Source: Vicugna vicugna (lineage: Eukaryota). Taken from it: a DNA stretch of 64,000 nt. The translations under genes and the position numbers were made by a program. The DNA lies in contig MU060007.1 of NCBI GenBank assembly GCA_013265495.1, forward strand, positions 19,240,913 through 19,304,912, in the 5' to 3' direction. The notes beneath the pieces are model-generated. The model had not been told where the DNA came from, ran no database searches, and saw nothing but the letters and a program-made list of their open reading frames with translations. Each line of letters opens with the position of its first letter. Position 1 is the first letter of the stretch. This document shows, piece by piece, positions 37,333 to 49,470 of this stretch.

Positions 37333-38744
37333 CTATAAGGAAAGGAATGTTAATATCGTCTCTAAAGTCCTTCCCAGGGCCAGGTCTTTGCCTTCTTGCT
37401 CAGAAGTAACCATTAAAGAGCTGAGCCCAGGCTGGGTTCTGTTCCTTCCACTCCTTCCCTCCCCAGGGATATTTAATCGACTCTTTCCTTCCCATCTTAA
37501 TCCCATTTTCTGGACATAAAAATAAATGCTTTTTTTTTTTCAAACAGGAAGGGACGTCACAGATTTTCTATTTTAATATCTTTATTTTACATTAGAAAGC
37601 TAAGGCACAGGCAAGTAATATCCTCTTGTTAATTAGTGCTAAATTCAGAACTAGCACCTAGAGCTCCAAATTCCAATTCTAGTTTGAGTAGGAAAACTCA
37701 GCTTGATTTTGCCTCTAGTTTAGTTCCTAACCCACTTTGCATGAAGCAGTTATCCCCTTATGATACCCTCACTTCCCTGCAATTTTGTAGTTTGAATCAC
37801 AGGTTAAAGAGCCAGAAGGAGATGATAAGAGAAAATAGCACCGTAAATTGCTATTCTTGTATAGTTGGGTAACTTTAGGAGAGGTATTATAATAAATTAC
37901 ATCTTCTCCATCACTGCTGTAATATTTATTTTGAAGGCTTGAGGGTATATAGTTCCCTCAGGTTAAATGGACTAATTATCAATAGTCTGAGCCAAGAGGT
38001 GTGTCCAATTAAAGTTTGAGTCACTAGGAGCTTCAATTGAAAATTCAAGAATCCTGTTGGCTATACATCAAAGATGCCATTTCAAGAGACACTAAAATGG
38101 GAAAAATTAAAACTTTTTTTTTGTCCTTGCTAAAGAACCAAAAATTACTTCAAGAATTAAAACATCATAAACAAGTACCATGGGGCTCTGCTCTCACATG
38201 CTGGGCACAAACCTCAGAAGTGTTTGAATTTTGTCTACAGATGTCTATTTACAGACTCATTAGGGAAGATGGCTTTTGAAAGGCTTTGCTTCCTAGGTAT
38301 GAAAATCGTTATTCAGCTAGTAACTTCCAAGCATCAAATCATTAGCTATTCTTCCCTCTTCTGGGTCTTATCTTTTCATCCTTTAGAATAAAACAACAAT
38401 AAGGCCATTTAATTATTGAGCACTGGAACAGGCAGAGGACACCAAAGACTGCTTAACTAACCCCCTCTGTTTACAAGGAGGAAACTGAGACCCAGAAATG
38501 TATCAATATCTGTTGAAGGTCACGGAAAGGTGGGACAGAATATAGTTCATTATTCTTTTTACTACATCAGCCATTTTAGCAGGCAACAGGATGGACTGCG
38601 CTTCTTGCGTAAAATGCCTCCCTTGCCCTTGCCCAGAGATACTGCTGGCTGGGTGTTGACATGAACAGAGCCACAACCCTCAACTTTTCTCTTTAACTCC
38701 ATGCCTCTGCTCAGAAAGAGTCAGCAATCTCTGTTTCATCCCAG

Positions 38745-38800
38745 GAAAGCCATCTGGAAGGGTTCCGCGGCAGCCCACAAAGATCACCATGACTTCCAAG
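38745..38800 (+). other. Candidate 56-nt exon with ACC-ATG (M-T-S-K) ending at a donor
   Basis: Acceptor CTCTGTTTCATCCCAG, ATG 38789-38791 with A at -3, donor AAG|GTGAGC; local CpG excess. Confidence 0.35.
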
Positions 38801-39265
38801 GTGAGCCTGCCAGATCATCAGTCCTGTCGCATCCTCGGGGGAGGGGGCAGGTCAGTGGCGATTCTGTCATGAAATACACGAGGGAAAAACTAGCATATTC
38901 GCTTGTCAGTGCCTTACAATAGGCTACCTGACTTTGTTGAACCATGGTATCTCCAATTAGTTTGAACACTGTTTCCTGCCTCCTTTATTTTTTTTATACA
39001 CCTATTATTAATCCACAGAGTTGTATTCTATGGAATGCACCTCGTGAATCCTGCCCTAGAGAATGTCTTCTGCCCACCCTGGTGTCCACAGAGGTTAAGC
39101 AGAGCTTCACTGCTGGGGGTGTTCGTTTCATCACTTTTTGTATAGGATCTAGAGTATCAGTTACCGTGACACATGACAAGTCAATAATGCTTGTTAGAGG
39201 ATGTGCTGCTAAGTTTCTTCCACAGGCTTTGACAGAATAAAAACATCAGATCCTTGTTCAGAAAC

Positions 39266-39347
39266 AGAGAAAGGGAGAAAGAGAAAGAGAGAGAGGGAGG
39301 GATGGAAGGAGGGAAAGAGAAAGAAAGAAGAAAGAAAAGAAAGAAAA
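39266..39347. repeat. 82-nt polypurine low-complexity tract
   Basis: Only G/A apart from one T at 39303. Confidence 0.9.
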
Positions 39348-40308
39348 TCACCACAAATGCTATGCCAACATTTTTGTTTTTTCAGGCAACAAATGCACAT
39401 TTTTCATATTGGATCATAAGTCATATCAAACATAATTCAAGTGATTTTTACAAATATCAATATTTATAGGTAAACTGAGATCCCTTTTTCACTATCTCCT
39501 TCTGGAAGATCAGTTCTTTCGTTCATGTAAGCAAAATTGAGTCAATTTAAAGAAAATATTTAATAAATAGCAGTGCAAGTGATTTTACATGTTGCAAAAA
39601 TTGCGTAGTTGGAACATGAGTGACTGCAGTTAGAAAAACACTATCCTTGCTTCATAAAAGCCACTGGCAAACTTCCTTATTTCCCTTTTGCTATTAGCTT
39701 CACATATCACTAGACAGTGGGTTGCTCAAAAAGCCATAATTATTGGTGACTTTTATCTCTGTATTATATATGGAAATTTCTGTCTGTGTCTAAATCTGAT
39801 GATAACAGTATCCTGTCAATAACCAATATGTGAGTTCAGTCCTCTTTGAATCTGCAAGTTGCCCTTAACCCCTTGAAAATCTTTCTGCATGTGGCTTTGG
39901 AGAAAAACAAACAGCAATCATGAGCACACTGTATCTCCACAATGACCAGTCGACTGTTTCAAGGATTTCTGATGACACTCATAATTGGAGTGCAAAGAGC
40001 CTCCACGGTGACTGCAGGATGTTACTGCAATTTTTCATTTGACTAAATGACTAGAACTGTTATAAAAATCCTGATATCTGTCATTTAGTATCCTGGAAGG
40101 AGTAGAAAATTCACCCCAAAGCAAGGATATTTCAGCTGGGTCAACTGTGCCAACTGAAGCAGTACCCAACCACCCCTCCTGTCTCATGTTCACAGATGGA
40201 CACAGAGGTACTGATGTTGCAATGGTGTTAAAAATAAAATATCTCCCCATAAGTTTAAACATGATCAAAAGTAACACTCAGGCAATACCTAGACCTTTCT
40301 GCCCACCT

Positions 40309-40353
40309 CATGTATTCTTCCCTGCCCACATGTATTCTTCCCTGCCCACATGT
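40309..40353. repeat. Perfect 20-bp tandem duplication
   Basis: CATGTATTCTTCCCTGCCCA x2 plus CATGT. Confidence 0.95.
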
Positions 40354-42688
40354 CTGCCAACAGAGGGGTTGGATGGCCTGAAAAATGTATTTTTAGCATA
40401 AATCATCTTGTTATAAATCAATCAAAGCATCAAAAGAACAAGCATTTTATTCCTCCTCTTTCCTCTCTCACACACACACACATACAAGTTTTGCCTTTTC
40501 TAGAATGTGAATCCACATGTGAATTTATCTTATCCTTCTTGCATTTTTATATTATCTTAAAACTTTGGATTCTCTCTTTCCAAGAATCCAGTAGATCCAA
40601 ACACTCCCTATTCTTCAGTTCTTAATCTGTTTGTTCCTTGAACAATAGAATTTCAAATTCAGCTTTATGCCATCTTCCTGTCCTCTAAAAGCAGCTGCTT
40701 ACACTTGCTGGTTTTTATTAAAGTCATTTCAACATAACTCACTTTGGAGACTGGCTTTCTATAGATAATCAGTAATGATATTTTAAACAGTCTTAGCCAA
40801 AACTAGGCAAAACTGGTTGAGTCTATGAATCTTTCTAATATAGTCCCAGTGAAGCCATGCTGTGTTAAATTTCCCATGCAAGCACAGTAAATCCGCTAAA
40901 GGAGTAGGTTATAAACTGATATCTGAGAAGCAGGGAGTGAGTTATTCCGTGATCACTGTGTCCTCTGCCTTCTGTCCACAGCAAGGACAGGCAGGGTACA
41001 GAGTGATGCACAAAAGGCCAACATGGCTGCAAAAACTCATGTTGCCTCTTTGCTTCTGAGCACACAAGGGCTAGGGTCGGCTTACTTTTAATTTTTTAAT
41101 TGTGTGTGTGTGTGCTGGCAACAGCAGCTCATCCCTAAGACATAATCCAAACAGAAAAACTATAAGGTTTTCAGACTGGCTCCACATGGAGTGTCTACAA
41201 AGACTTGCAGTGCACCTTGGATGACTTTCAAGTTTTTTCAAAGCCATCTGGAGTCTTTTAAAGTTGTCATTGTTTAAAGAACTTGCAGAAAGGGGAGAGA
41301 GCATTTTGGATCTCAGGAGAAAAGGAAGAAATAAGATGTAAGGTAGCCAGCAGATGTGGTAGAAAATCAGGTACTGTTCCCTCCAAGTGCCCTGGCTTTT
41401 ACCTGCCTTTCTTCTGCTGACTCAGCTGCCCCCTCCTAAGGTGGTTCTTCCTCCGTGAACACCACCTGCCTCAACACACAGAACATGGGAATCTGCTTCA
41501 CTTTTTATTAAAAGACTGGGGTCTTCTTATTTCCCAGCATTCCATCTTATTATTGAAATCTATGCAATAGCTGTTTCTTTTTTGTTTTTCTCCTACTGTT
41601 CTGGGCATACATTGCCAAACCTAGTTCTGAATTTGCAACAAGGTAATTCTTATTCTTACAAGTCTCTTCATCAAATTCCGATACATCAGTATTTTACTAA
41701 TGGTAACTACTCTGCCTATCATTTCTGGTACATTTAGGCTTTTGATCCCTTCCCTGTAAGATCTCCGTCTCCTTCCATCCCCTCTCAGTTCCCATTTCTA
41801 CAAATCTTCTGATTTGAGTCTAACCATTACTCTCCTTCCAGCTTACTCTTCACCATCCACCTGCCGTATTCACCATTTCTCACTCCCGATATCTTATCTG
41901 CTTCCATCAGGATGCCAATTTCTGCTTTACTAACTTAGGTTATTATTTCTTGTTTTTCTTTTTGGCCTTAACTTTCTTCTCTATACCATTCTTGCTTTTT
42001 GAACACATTTCAAAGATTGTTAGCAAAATGAAATTTTTATGACACAACACTATATTTTAACTGAATTCCCCTTTAAAAGCACAAGATAAAAGCACAATTC
42101 AAGGAAAAGCTGACCCAGCTTGACCCAACAATGTCTTCAGTGAACTCAAACAAAGATGATTTACTGTCCACACATCTATTCACAAGCATACCCCACTGGT
42201 ATCATAGAAACCCCATACGCACTGTTCAGGAGTGAAAGGTACACACAGTTCACATTCTTCCTACTCAAATAATGTGGTTTTAATCAGTAGAAGCTAAAAA
42301 TAGAGATCTCTGGTTCCTGGAAAAGGTTGACTCTAATTTCTCTTTCCAAGGAATTGGAAATGAGATGTCGAAGGGTCTCTGCCTCCTGGGAACATCCAGA
42401 AAAAAAAAATTCAAAACACATTTCCTCTACCAGTGTTTTCCAAACATAAGAAGGTCCATGAGTATATCAAGGCTTTGAAAAACTTTTCCTATGCAATGTA
42501 AACCTAGAGAAATACATGGTTTCTACTATAGCACTGAATAGATTTATGAGCCTTGAACTCCTGCAGACAAAGTCAGTCCTAAGCCTATGAAATGCAATCT
42601 TCTGAAATGCAAAGTTTTCCTGCAAAAGGCTAATTTGCCTACCCCTTGTGTCTTGGAGAGTTACTGAAAGTGTTTGGACATATGCACA

Positions 42689-43501
42689 CAGCAGTTTCCC
42701 CTTATCCATAGGGTGCATTCAGTGGAAGTCTAAAACCACAGATGGTAGCCAACCCTATATACACNNNNNNNNNNNNNNNNNNNNNNNNNNNNNNNNNNNN
42801 NNNNNNNNNNNNNNNNNNNNNNNNNNNNNNNNNNNNNNNNNNNNNNNNNNNNNNNNNNNNNNNNNNNNNNNNNNNNNNNNNNNNNNNNNNNNNNNNNNNN
42901 NNNNNNNNNNNNNNNNNNNNNNNNNNNNNNNNNNNNNNNNNTTCCATCTCAACTAACCACTTATCACACTATGATGATAACTTTTGCATTTTGAGGCTCC
43001 ACAGCAAAGCTAGCTCAAATTTCTTTTACTTTCTTCAGAATTTCACAGAAAGAAGATTTATTCTCACTGTAGATCTTAGCAATCAACATGTGATTTTTTT
43101 TTCTTTACTTATTAAGTCAAGAATTTTCAGCTTTTCTCTTAGAGTAAGCACCTGACAACTTCTCTTTGGCATATCCAAATTGCCATTATCACTACTCTTT
43201 CACTTCAGGGCCATTATTAAGTAAAATAAGGTTTACTTGAACACAGCACTGCGATACCACGGCTGTCAATCTGGTAACTGAAATGGCTACTAAGTGACTA
43301 ATTTGTGGGATACGCTGGACAAAAGAATGATTCACATCCCGGGCGGAAGAGAGAGGGATGAAGCAAGATTTTATCACTACTCAGAACATCACGCAATTTA
43401 AAACTTACGAATTGTTTATTTCTGGAATTTTCCATGTAATATTTTTGGACTGTGGTTGACCATGGAAATTGAAGCCCTGCATGAGGAGGGAGGGGCTACT
43501 G
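42689..43501 (-). mobile_element. MER44/Tigger7 DNA transposon deletion derivative; contains N-run 42765-42941
   Basis: Imperfect TIRs CAGCAGTTTCCCC / CAGTAGCCCCT, TA at 43502-43503; disrupted transposase N-term (DMPKRSCQVLTLREKLKILDLISKEKK) on minus strand ~42942-43215. Confidence 0.9.
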
Positions 43502-45324
43502 TATGCATGTATGATGTATGTATATACATGTATGTGTGTATCTATCAATTTATCTATGTGTCTATGTATCTGCAATGGGTTTTTTGGGATTTGGGGGGTG
43601 GTCAATCTGTCCAAACATGGTGAACAGCAAACAATTTATAATGTTCCCTAATTCTCAACTGATTTCATTTATTGTGTGTCATCCCTCTCTGTTTGGACAC
43701 ATAAAGTTAAGAAAACTGAAGTTCTGAATACGCCTGAGTTATGTGGGGAGGTGAGTTCAGGGTAGTATTAGGAGTCATTTCAGGTAATCTGGCATAGCGA
43801 TAACTGAAGATGAGGAAAGCTCAGTAAATACTGATTATGCTCACTTCCTCCCACTCCAGGCCTGAGTGAATCATGCAGAGCTACCAAGCACGAGGTCCTG
43901 TTTCTACTTCATGATTACTGCATGCTGTCGTGACCATGCAGACTCCGATTACAGTATTTCAGAACACTCATAGTTCTAACTGAGCACCATATTTGTCTTC
44001 TTCCCTTTTCTATGCAAAGTATTTATGGAGAAGAATGCATTCCCATTATTATCAAAGCTGAAAAACAATAAATACTTATGATCACAAGGTTCAACAAATT
44101 TTCCTGAGAATGGGGAGAGGTATTTTATATTTTGCTATACTGATATGTTACTGAGTCATTTTTCTTCTGGCGGCTAAATTCCTTCAAGGAAATAAATTCA
44201 CAGCAATGAAAAAATTGATTTAAATCTTCTGAGCCATGTAGGGCTAGATTGTTGTCTCTTTTAGGGAAGCAATTTGTCCTTTTCTATCAATTAACAGCAT
44301 TTGTTCATAAACTCAAACACAAACTGAAGTTTAAATCTATGAATATAATCAGGAGAGTATTAAATGAATTATGCTTACTTGTAAGGGAAAAAAGAGGGAT
44401 AAAGAGTTAAGTTCTCTAATATACTATTTAGAAAAGAATCAACAGGAGTAAAATAGGGCAATGTTGGCACAAAGAGTCATATCTTACATCTTCTCTGCTA
44501 AGTGATAAAGATCATGTGATTTTAACAGTGAAAAGTGAGATTATGCCTTTGGCTCAGTATTTCAAGGACAAAAGAGGTAATACTAGGTTGTTAAATGTGC
44601 AGTCACCCTTCTTGAAATGCTGCTGTGCAAATGTCAACATCTTCAAACAAATAGCAGGTCATTAAAAAGCTAATAATTAATTCCTAGTCTTTTGGCTAGA
44701 AATCAAAAAGGTGACATGTATCTAATGTATAAAAATCATTGTGATTTAACTATAGGAATGAAAATAGCTACTTCTAGAAATACTTCAGTTGTAAATTTCT
44801 GGGATATAAGAATATTTCTCTATTTTGAATGGTCTTTTGAGAGATGAAACATGAACTGAGAACATGAAATACAAAATTCTAAAGTTCAGGTAATTTTTTT
44901 TTTTTGTAGTCTGCTGTCAAAGAATGAGTCAGTAACAGAAATGTATACGTTTGAAGGGTTGTACAGTTCAACCTTTGAAACAGTGCATTCAGTTGAACAA
45001 TGCCATGGAAAACACCCTCAACTTCTCTAGGTCCAAAAAGTATTTAGGGTGAAATACATTCAATACATTCTGAGCCAAGTGAAACAAAATGCGTAGAATA
45101 AAAGCACCAGAAAAAAAAACAACATATGTTAAAAGTCAAAAAATGTTTGCCTTTCTGCAGCAGGATATGAGTAAATTTTTTCTACTTTTCTATCTTTTTT
45201 GGTATCTCCTTATTTTCTAGATTCAGCCTTTATAACTTTTATAATCACAAAAGAAAAGGAAGAAAAGAACTCATTTACTCACTTATATACCAAGCATCTG
45301 GGGCATGCCATGCTTGACGACAGA

Positions 45325-45540
45325 GGAGGTATAGCTCATTTCTCAAACAGATCCCAGAACCATGGACATCAGTCTCTTGAGAAGCTTGGATCTGGAAATC
45401 ATGGATTTCCAGAGATTACTCTAGATTGAGCTGATTCTTACCCTCTAGAGAGGGGCTCAAGAAGCTGAATACCTGGTAAACCCTATCCCCAGGGGATTCT
45501 TTCACATGCTAATTTGAGAAACTCTGCTACTGAGACACCT
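45325..45540. mobile_element. MER5B-like MITE
   Basis: TTTCTCAAAC..CCCCAGGGGATTCTTTCACATGCTAATTTGAGAAACTCTG. Confidence 0.55.
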
Positions 45541-45689
45541 TGGAACCTCTATGCCTGATGGATATGGAAGGCCTCCCTGAGTTGAGACCTACAGAAGAGG
45601 TGATTATCAGGTGGAAAAGACATATAAGAGAAGAAAGGCAAAATGTTCTTAATACCCAACCATTCTAGCTCAGTATTTCTCCACTCTGG

Positions 45690-45895
45690 TAGTCTATTAT
45701 AATCACCTGGAACTTTGCTCCTCAAAAATGCCAAGCACTGGCATTAGTTAGGAGCTTATTTAAAATGCAGATCTTCAAGCCACAGCCCAGATCTAATAAA
45801 TGTGAATCTGCACTGTAATAAGATTCCTGGATGATTTGAATGCCTGCCAAATTCAGAGAACCACTTTTGAGAAGCACCCTGGATCAGGGCTTCTG
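45690..45895. mobile_element. MER5A MITE
   Basis: AATCACCTGG..GAGCTTATTTAAAATGCAGAT..CCCAGATCTA..GAATCTGCA..AAGATTCCTGGATGATT. Confidence 0.7.
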
Positions 45896-48800
45896 AAATG
45901 GATACCTTTCATTAATTAACTTTCAGGTAGCATTTTTCACCTGTCTTCACTCCTAAATTTGCATCTGTATTGAGTGGAGTTTTTCTTTTCTTCGAATAAT
46001 ATTTAAATTGACCAAAATCCTACCGCTTAAACCATTATATAGAATAGTAAGTGAAAGTATCCCTTTCCCCAAGGTAACTGCTGTTGACAATTTGGTATAA
46101 AGCATTCTTGATCTTTCCCCTCAATTTATGGAAATATATCTCAGTTTCTTCCCATATTGGGTCCTCTGCACACACTATTTCCCATTCCTGAGAGAGCCTT
46201 CTCTCATTATTCACTTGAACTCTGACATCCTTTAGATCACATGTTAAAAAGTCACTTCCTCAAAAAAAAAAAAAAATTCTGATCTTCTCCAGACTAGGTC
46301 AGTTTCCCTGTATATATATAGTTTTAATTAATAAAAAAATTTTATTTTACTTTTTTGGCTAGCCAGTAATTTTAGAATTTTCCAGAACAATTTCAACTAA
46401 CGGGGGGCATATTTTCTAAAACCCTTAGGTACGCAATGCAGTAAAGCAGTCATCAATAATTCATAAGGTCTTTAAACTTAGCCCAAGCATGGCAATACTT
46501 ACAATAGAGTTTTACTGCATAAAAGAATGAATTTCATCTTAGATAGGGAACAGAGTATCAAATCATAAAATTATGAACTCACTTCCTATTAGATGAGAAA
46601 TCTAATAGAATTATACCTAAACTTTTTTGGTAATTAAAAAAAAAGTCCTTATAAAATTCTGTTTCCTTCTACGTGAAGTTATTTTCTTATGGAGTCAAAA
46701 ATCTGCATAATTTCAAAACTCCTTCTGTGAACTATGCTTACTGTATTTATGTGCTGGTACTTAGCACTGCCAACAAATATGATATTCTGTGGTTTAAAAT
46801 TCTTTAGTTATTATCACAATGCTGTTTACCTTGAATCACAGGGGTGTACACCAGATGTTTACTGTTACTTTATGGTTGACCTGTCTGCCTTCTCTCTGTG
46901 TAATTTTTTATTACAAAATTGAATCAAATTAATTTAGAAACTATTTTAGTCATCTTACAGTTCTTTAAAAAATTGCAAGTCAAGCATGCCAAAGTTTTCC
47001 TCCCATACTTTTGAATATAGAAGTGTAAGTTACGTCAAATCTTAAAATTTCTATTAAAAATGGGTTGTTACGAAATCAGCTAGTGTTGAGGTGATTTCCG
47101 AAACCACTCCCTCATAAATGTTTTATAATTTTCAAGCTGGCTCCTCATTTTCCCACAACATTTAAATGTTTGATTTTTAAATGTTCCTTTTCTCTCCCTT
47201 ATTTCCAAGTTTTTGCAGTCTCAGACTAGTTTGTTTGACATGTGTTCTGCATGTTGACACTAAACTTTAAAGCTTATTCATTTTACCCTTTTTCACATAT
47301 GAAGCAAGTAATCAGTTAACATTATGGTCAGAACTCACTTCTGGCAATGATTGATTATGACTGGATGCAGGAGACATTTTCTTTAAGACACTCAGACCTC
47401 CCTCTCAAGAGAGTGTGGGGGTATGAGGTGGTGATGAGAAAGGGAATTACTTTTACAGTGTTGTATGAGACAAACCACAAATTCTATGATATTAAGAACC
47501 ATGTATGCTAGCAGGTGCTTAATGTGTGTTTGTCAATGAAGTTAGTTAATTCTCTGCTACAAGAGACATCATTCAAAATACACCTGATAAACAAAATTTG
47601 TTAATTATATTATTCAGTCCCTCTATCTCTTTTCATTTTATTTGGTTTTTGGCTATGTAATCAAAGACTGAGTTAAAAATCTTTCACTATAGTTGTTCCA
47701 TTGTGTTTGGCAACTTCTTAATCTCTAGTAATATTCCTGTCCTTGTGAAGCTTACATTCCAATCAAGCAGTCTGTCAATAAAACAAGCAAGCAAATATAC
47801 AAAAAAGAAAGTATTTGATGGTGATAGATGCTATATTTTCACCATAAATTTTACTCTCAAGCAATATAAAAATATAATCCTATTTGTTTTCTGTAATAAT
47901 TTCTAATTAAATCTTTTTTTGTGCTATCATAGCAATCCGTAATTCTAATTGTTAGCATTTGCCTAATACAATTCTGTCCTTTTTATTTTTAGTATCTTTG
48001 TTATATTTTATTTTGAGAGCTTGTGTCCTTTAATAGCAGAGTACATCCATTCCCATTTGTTATTACAAATGAGATTTGAACTTATTTATTCCATTAAGTA
48101 TACAGGGTTTATTATATTACTAATTTATTTGGGGGGAAACTAGGACATTTAAGAAACACAAAGATTAAAGTAGCCTGAAACAGATTACAAATGAAGAAAT
48201 AGGATATGAAGGAACCAAGGGAAAAGCATTTGGTCGAAAGATAAAATTTAACAAATTCAAAAAGCTACAGGAAAACCTAGTAAAGTAATGACTGACTTTG
48301 ACAGCTGGTCAGCAACAATGGCTCTCCATTCTAGGAAGCTGAGCAGGGAGTGGGAGATAAAAATCTAGTGCAAATAACGTACATTATCTTCTTTAAGAGG
48401 TCATCATCTCCTCTCTCTCACTTCATAGCTCTACTCTGTTCATTTCCTTTCTCTTTCCCTCTATTCAGCCTTCTCCCTACACACACACAATTACCAACAG
48501 TTGCATTAAGAGGGACCTGGGCACAATCAGCACTCATTCTCAATGAAACATCTATGGCTGTACTGATCATCCAAGCTAATCCTCTAGAACAGCATTCACT
48601 GAACACACCACTGGCATTCAACCAGAAAATATCAATCCCTGCAGGATCAGACCTGTGGCCTTGTGCCACCTGCTCTCAGGGGTTGATTTTCCAAACTCAG
48701 GTGTACTTATTCCAGATTTTATACACTGTGTCTCAGGACTTTAATTTTTTTTTTCCTAGAGCCATGGACTCCTCCATGTTCTCTTTTGCTTCTTTCTTCT

Positions 48801-49309
48801 TTGCTACAGAAACAGAGCCTTTTGAGAAAGACTTTTCTTAAACAGACACTCTGTATGATTCTTTAAATGGAAGGAAAAACTAAACTAAGCTTAAACTCCA
48901 CTGACTGCCAAGTGAAAAAACAGGTCAGTAGTATTTATATTCAAAGTGTTTTTTTTCTTTAATTGTTTTGATCACTTTTGAAGGAACAGCAACATTTATC
49001 ACTTGGAAATTGCATTAATATCCAATGTTCCCTGCTGGTCTGCAGCCTGTGGCCAAGCTAAGATCATACAGTGAAAGCAATGATCTTAGAGGAAAGCAAC
49101 CATGAAGATGCAGAGGATTTAAGTTCAGTCCAAAGTGTGTCTCTTTCTAGTTGAGTAAACTTGGACACAGCACTCAATTGTCTGGATTTTGGTTTCTTAA
49201 TTCCTCAACTGTAAAGCGGATATAGCCTCTGCAACATTGTTACTGAATTAACCAAGATTGTGTAATGTATTTGTTTACTATAAACAGACAAAAGGTATTA
49301 TAGATTATC

Positions 49310-49470
49310 AGGAGAGGCAGTATGGCATTATAGAGTTAGAACCAATCAGATTTCTATCCAAATCATCACTTTACCACTTACCAGCTATATGAACCTGAGC
49401 AAAACGTTTAACTTCTTTGAGCCTGTTTCTCAAATCTGTAAAACAGAGAAAATAAATAGCTAACCTAATA
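49310..49470. mobile_element. MIR SINE
   Basis: GGAGAGGCAGTATGGCAT..CCACTTACCAGCTATATGAACCTGAGCAA..TTTAACTTCTTTGAGCCTGTTTCTC. Confidence 0.75.

Noticed and set aside
38789-38800. ATGACTTCCAAG equals the first 12 nt of CXCL8/IL8 as I recall it; MVTKLAV at 36417 is also similar
   Set aside because: An intron donor follows instead of the signal peptide, and no CXC chemokine exons occur in the window.
41216-41281. 66-nt minus-strand exon-like unit SLNNDNFKRLQMALKKLESHP, faintly like a RhoGEF DH helix
   Set aside because: Donor GTGCAC is weak, the following residues do not match the DH motif, and no neighbouring DH/PH exons were found.
48350-48841. 163-aa ORF
   Set aside because: TTG start, low-complexity C/T-rich codons, no domain; consistent with chance.
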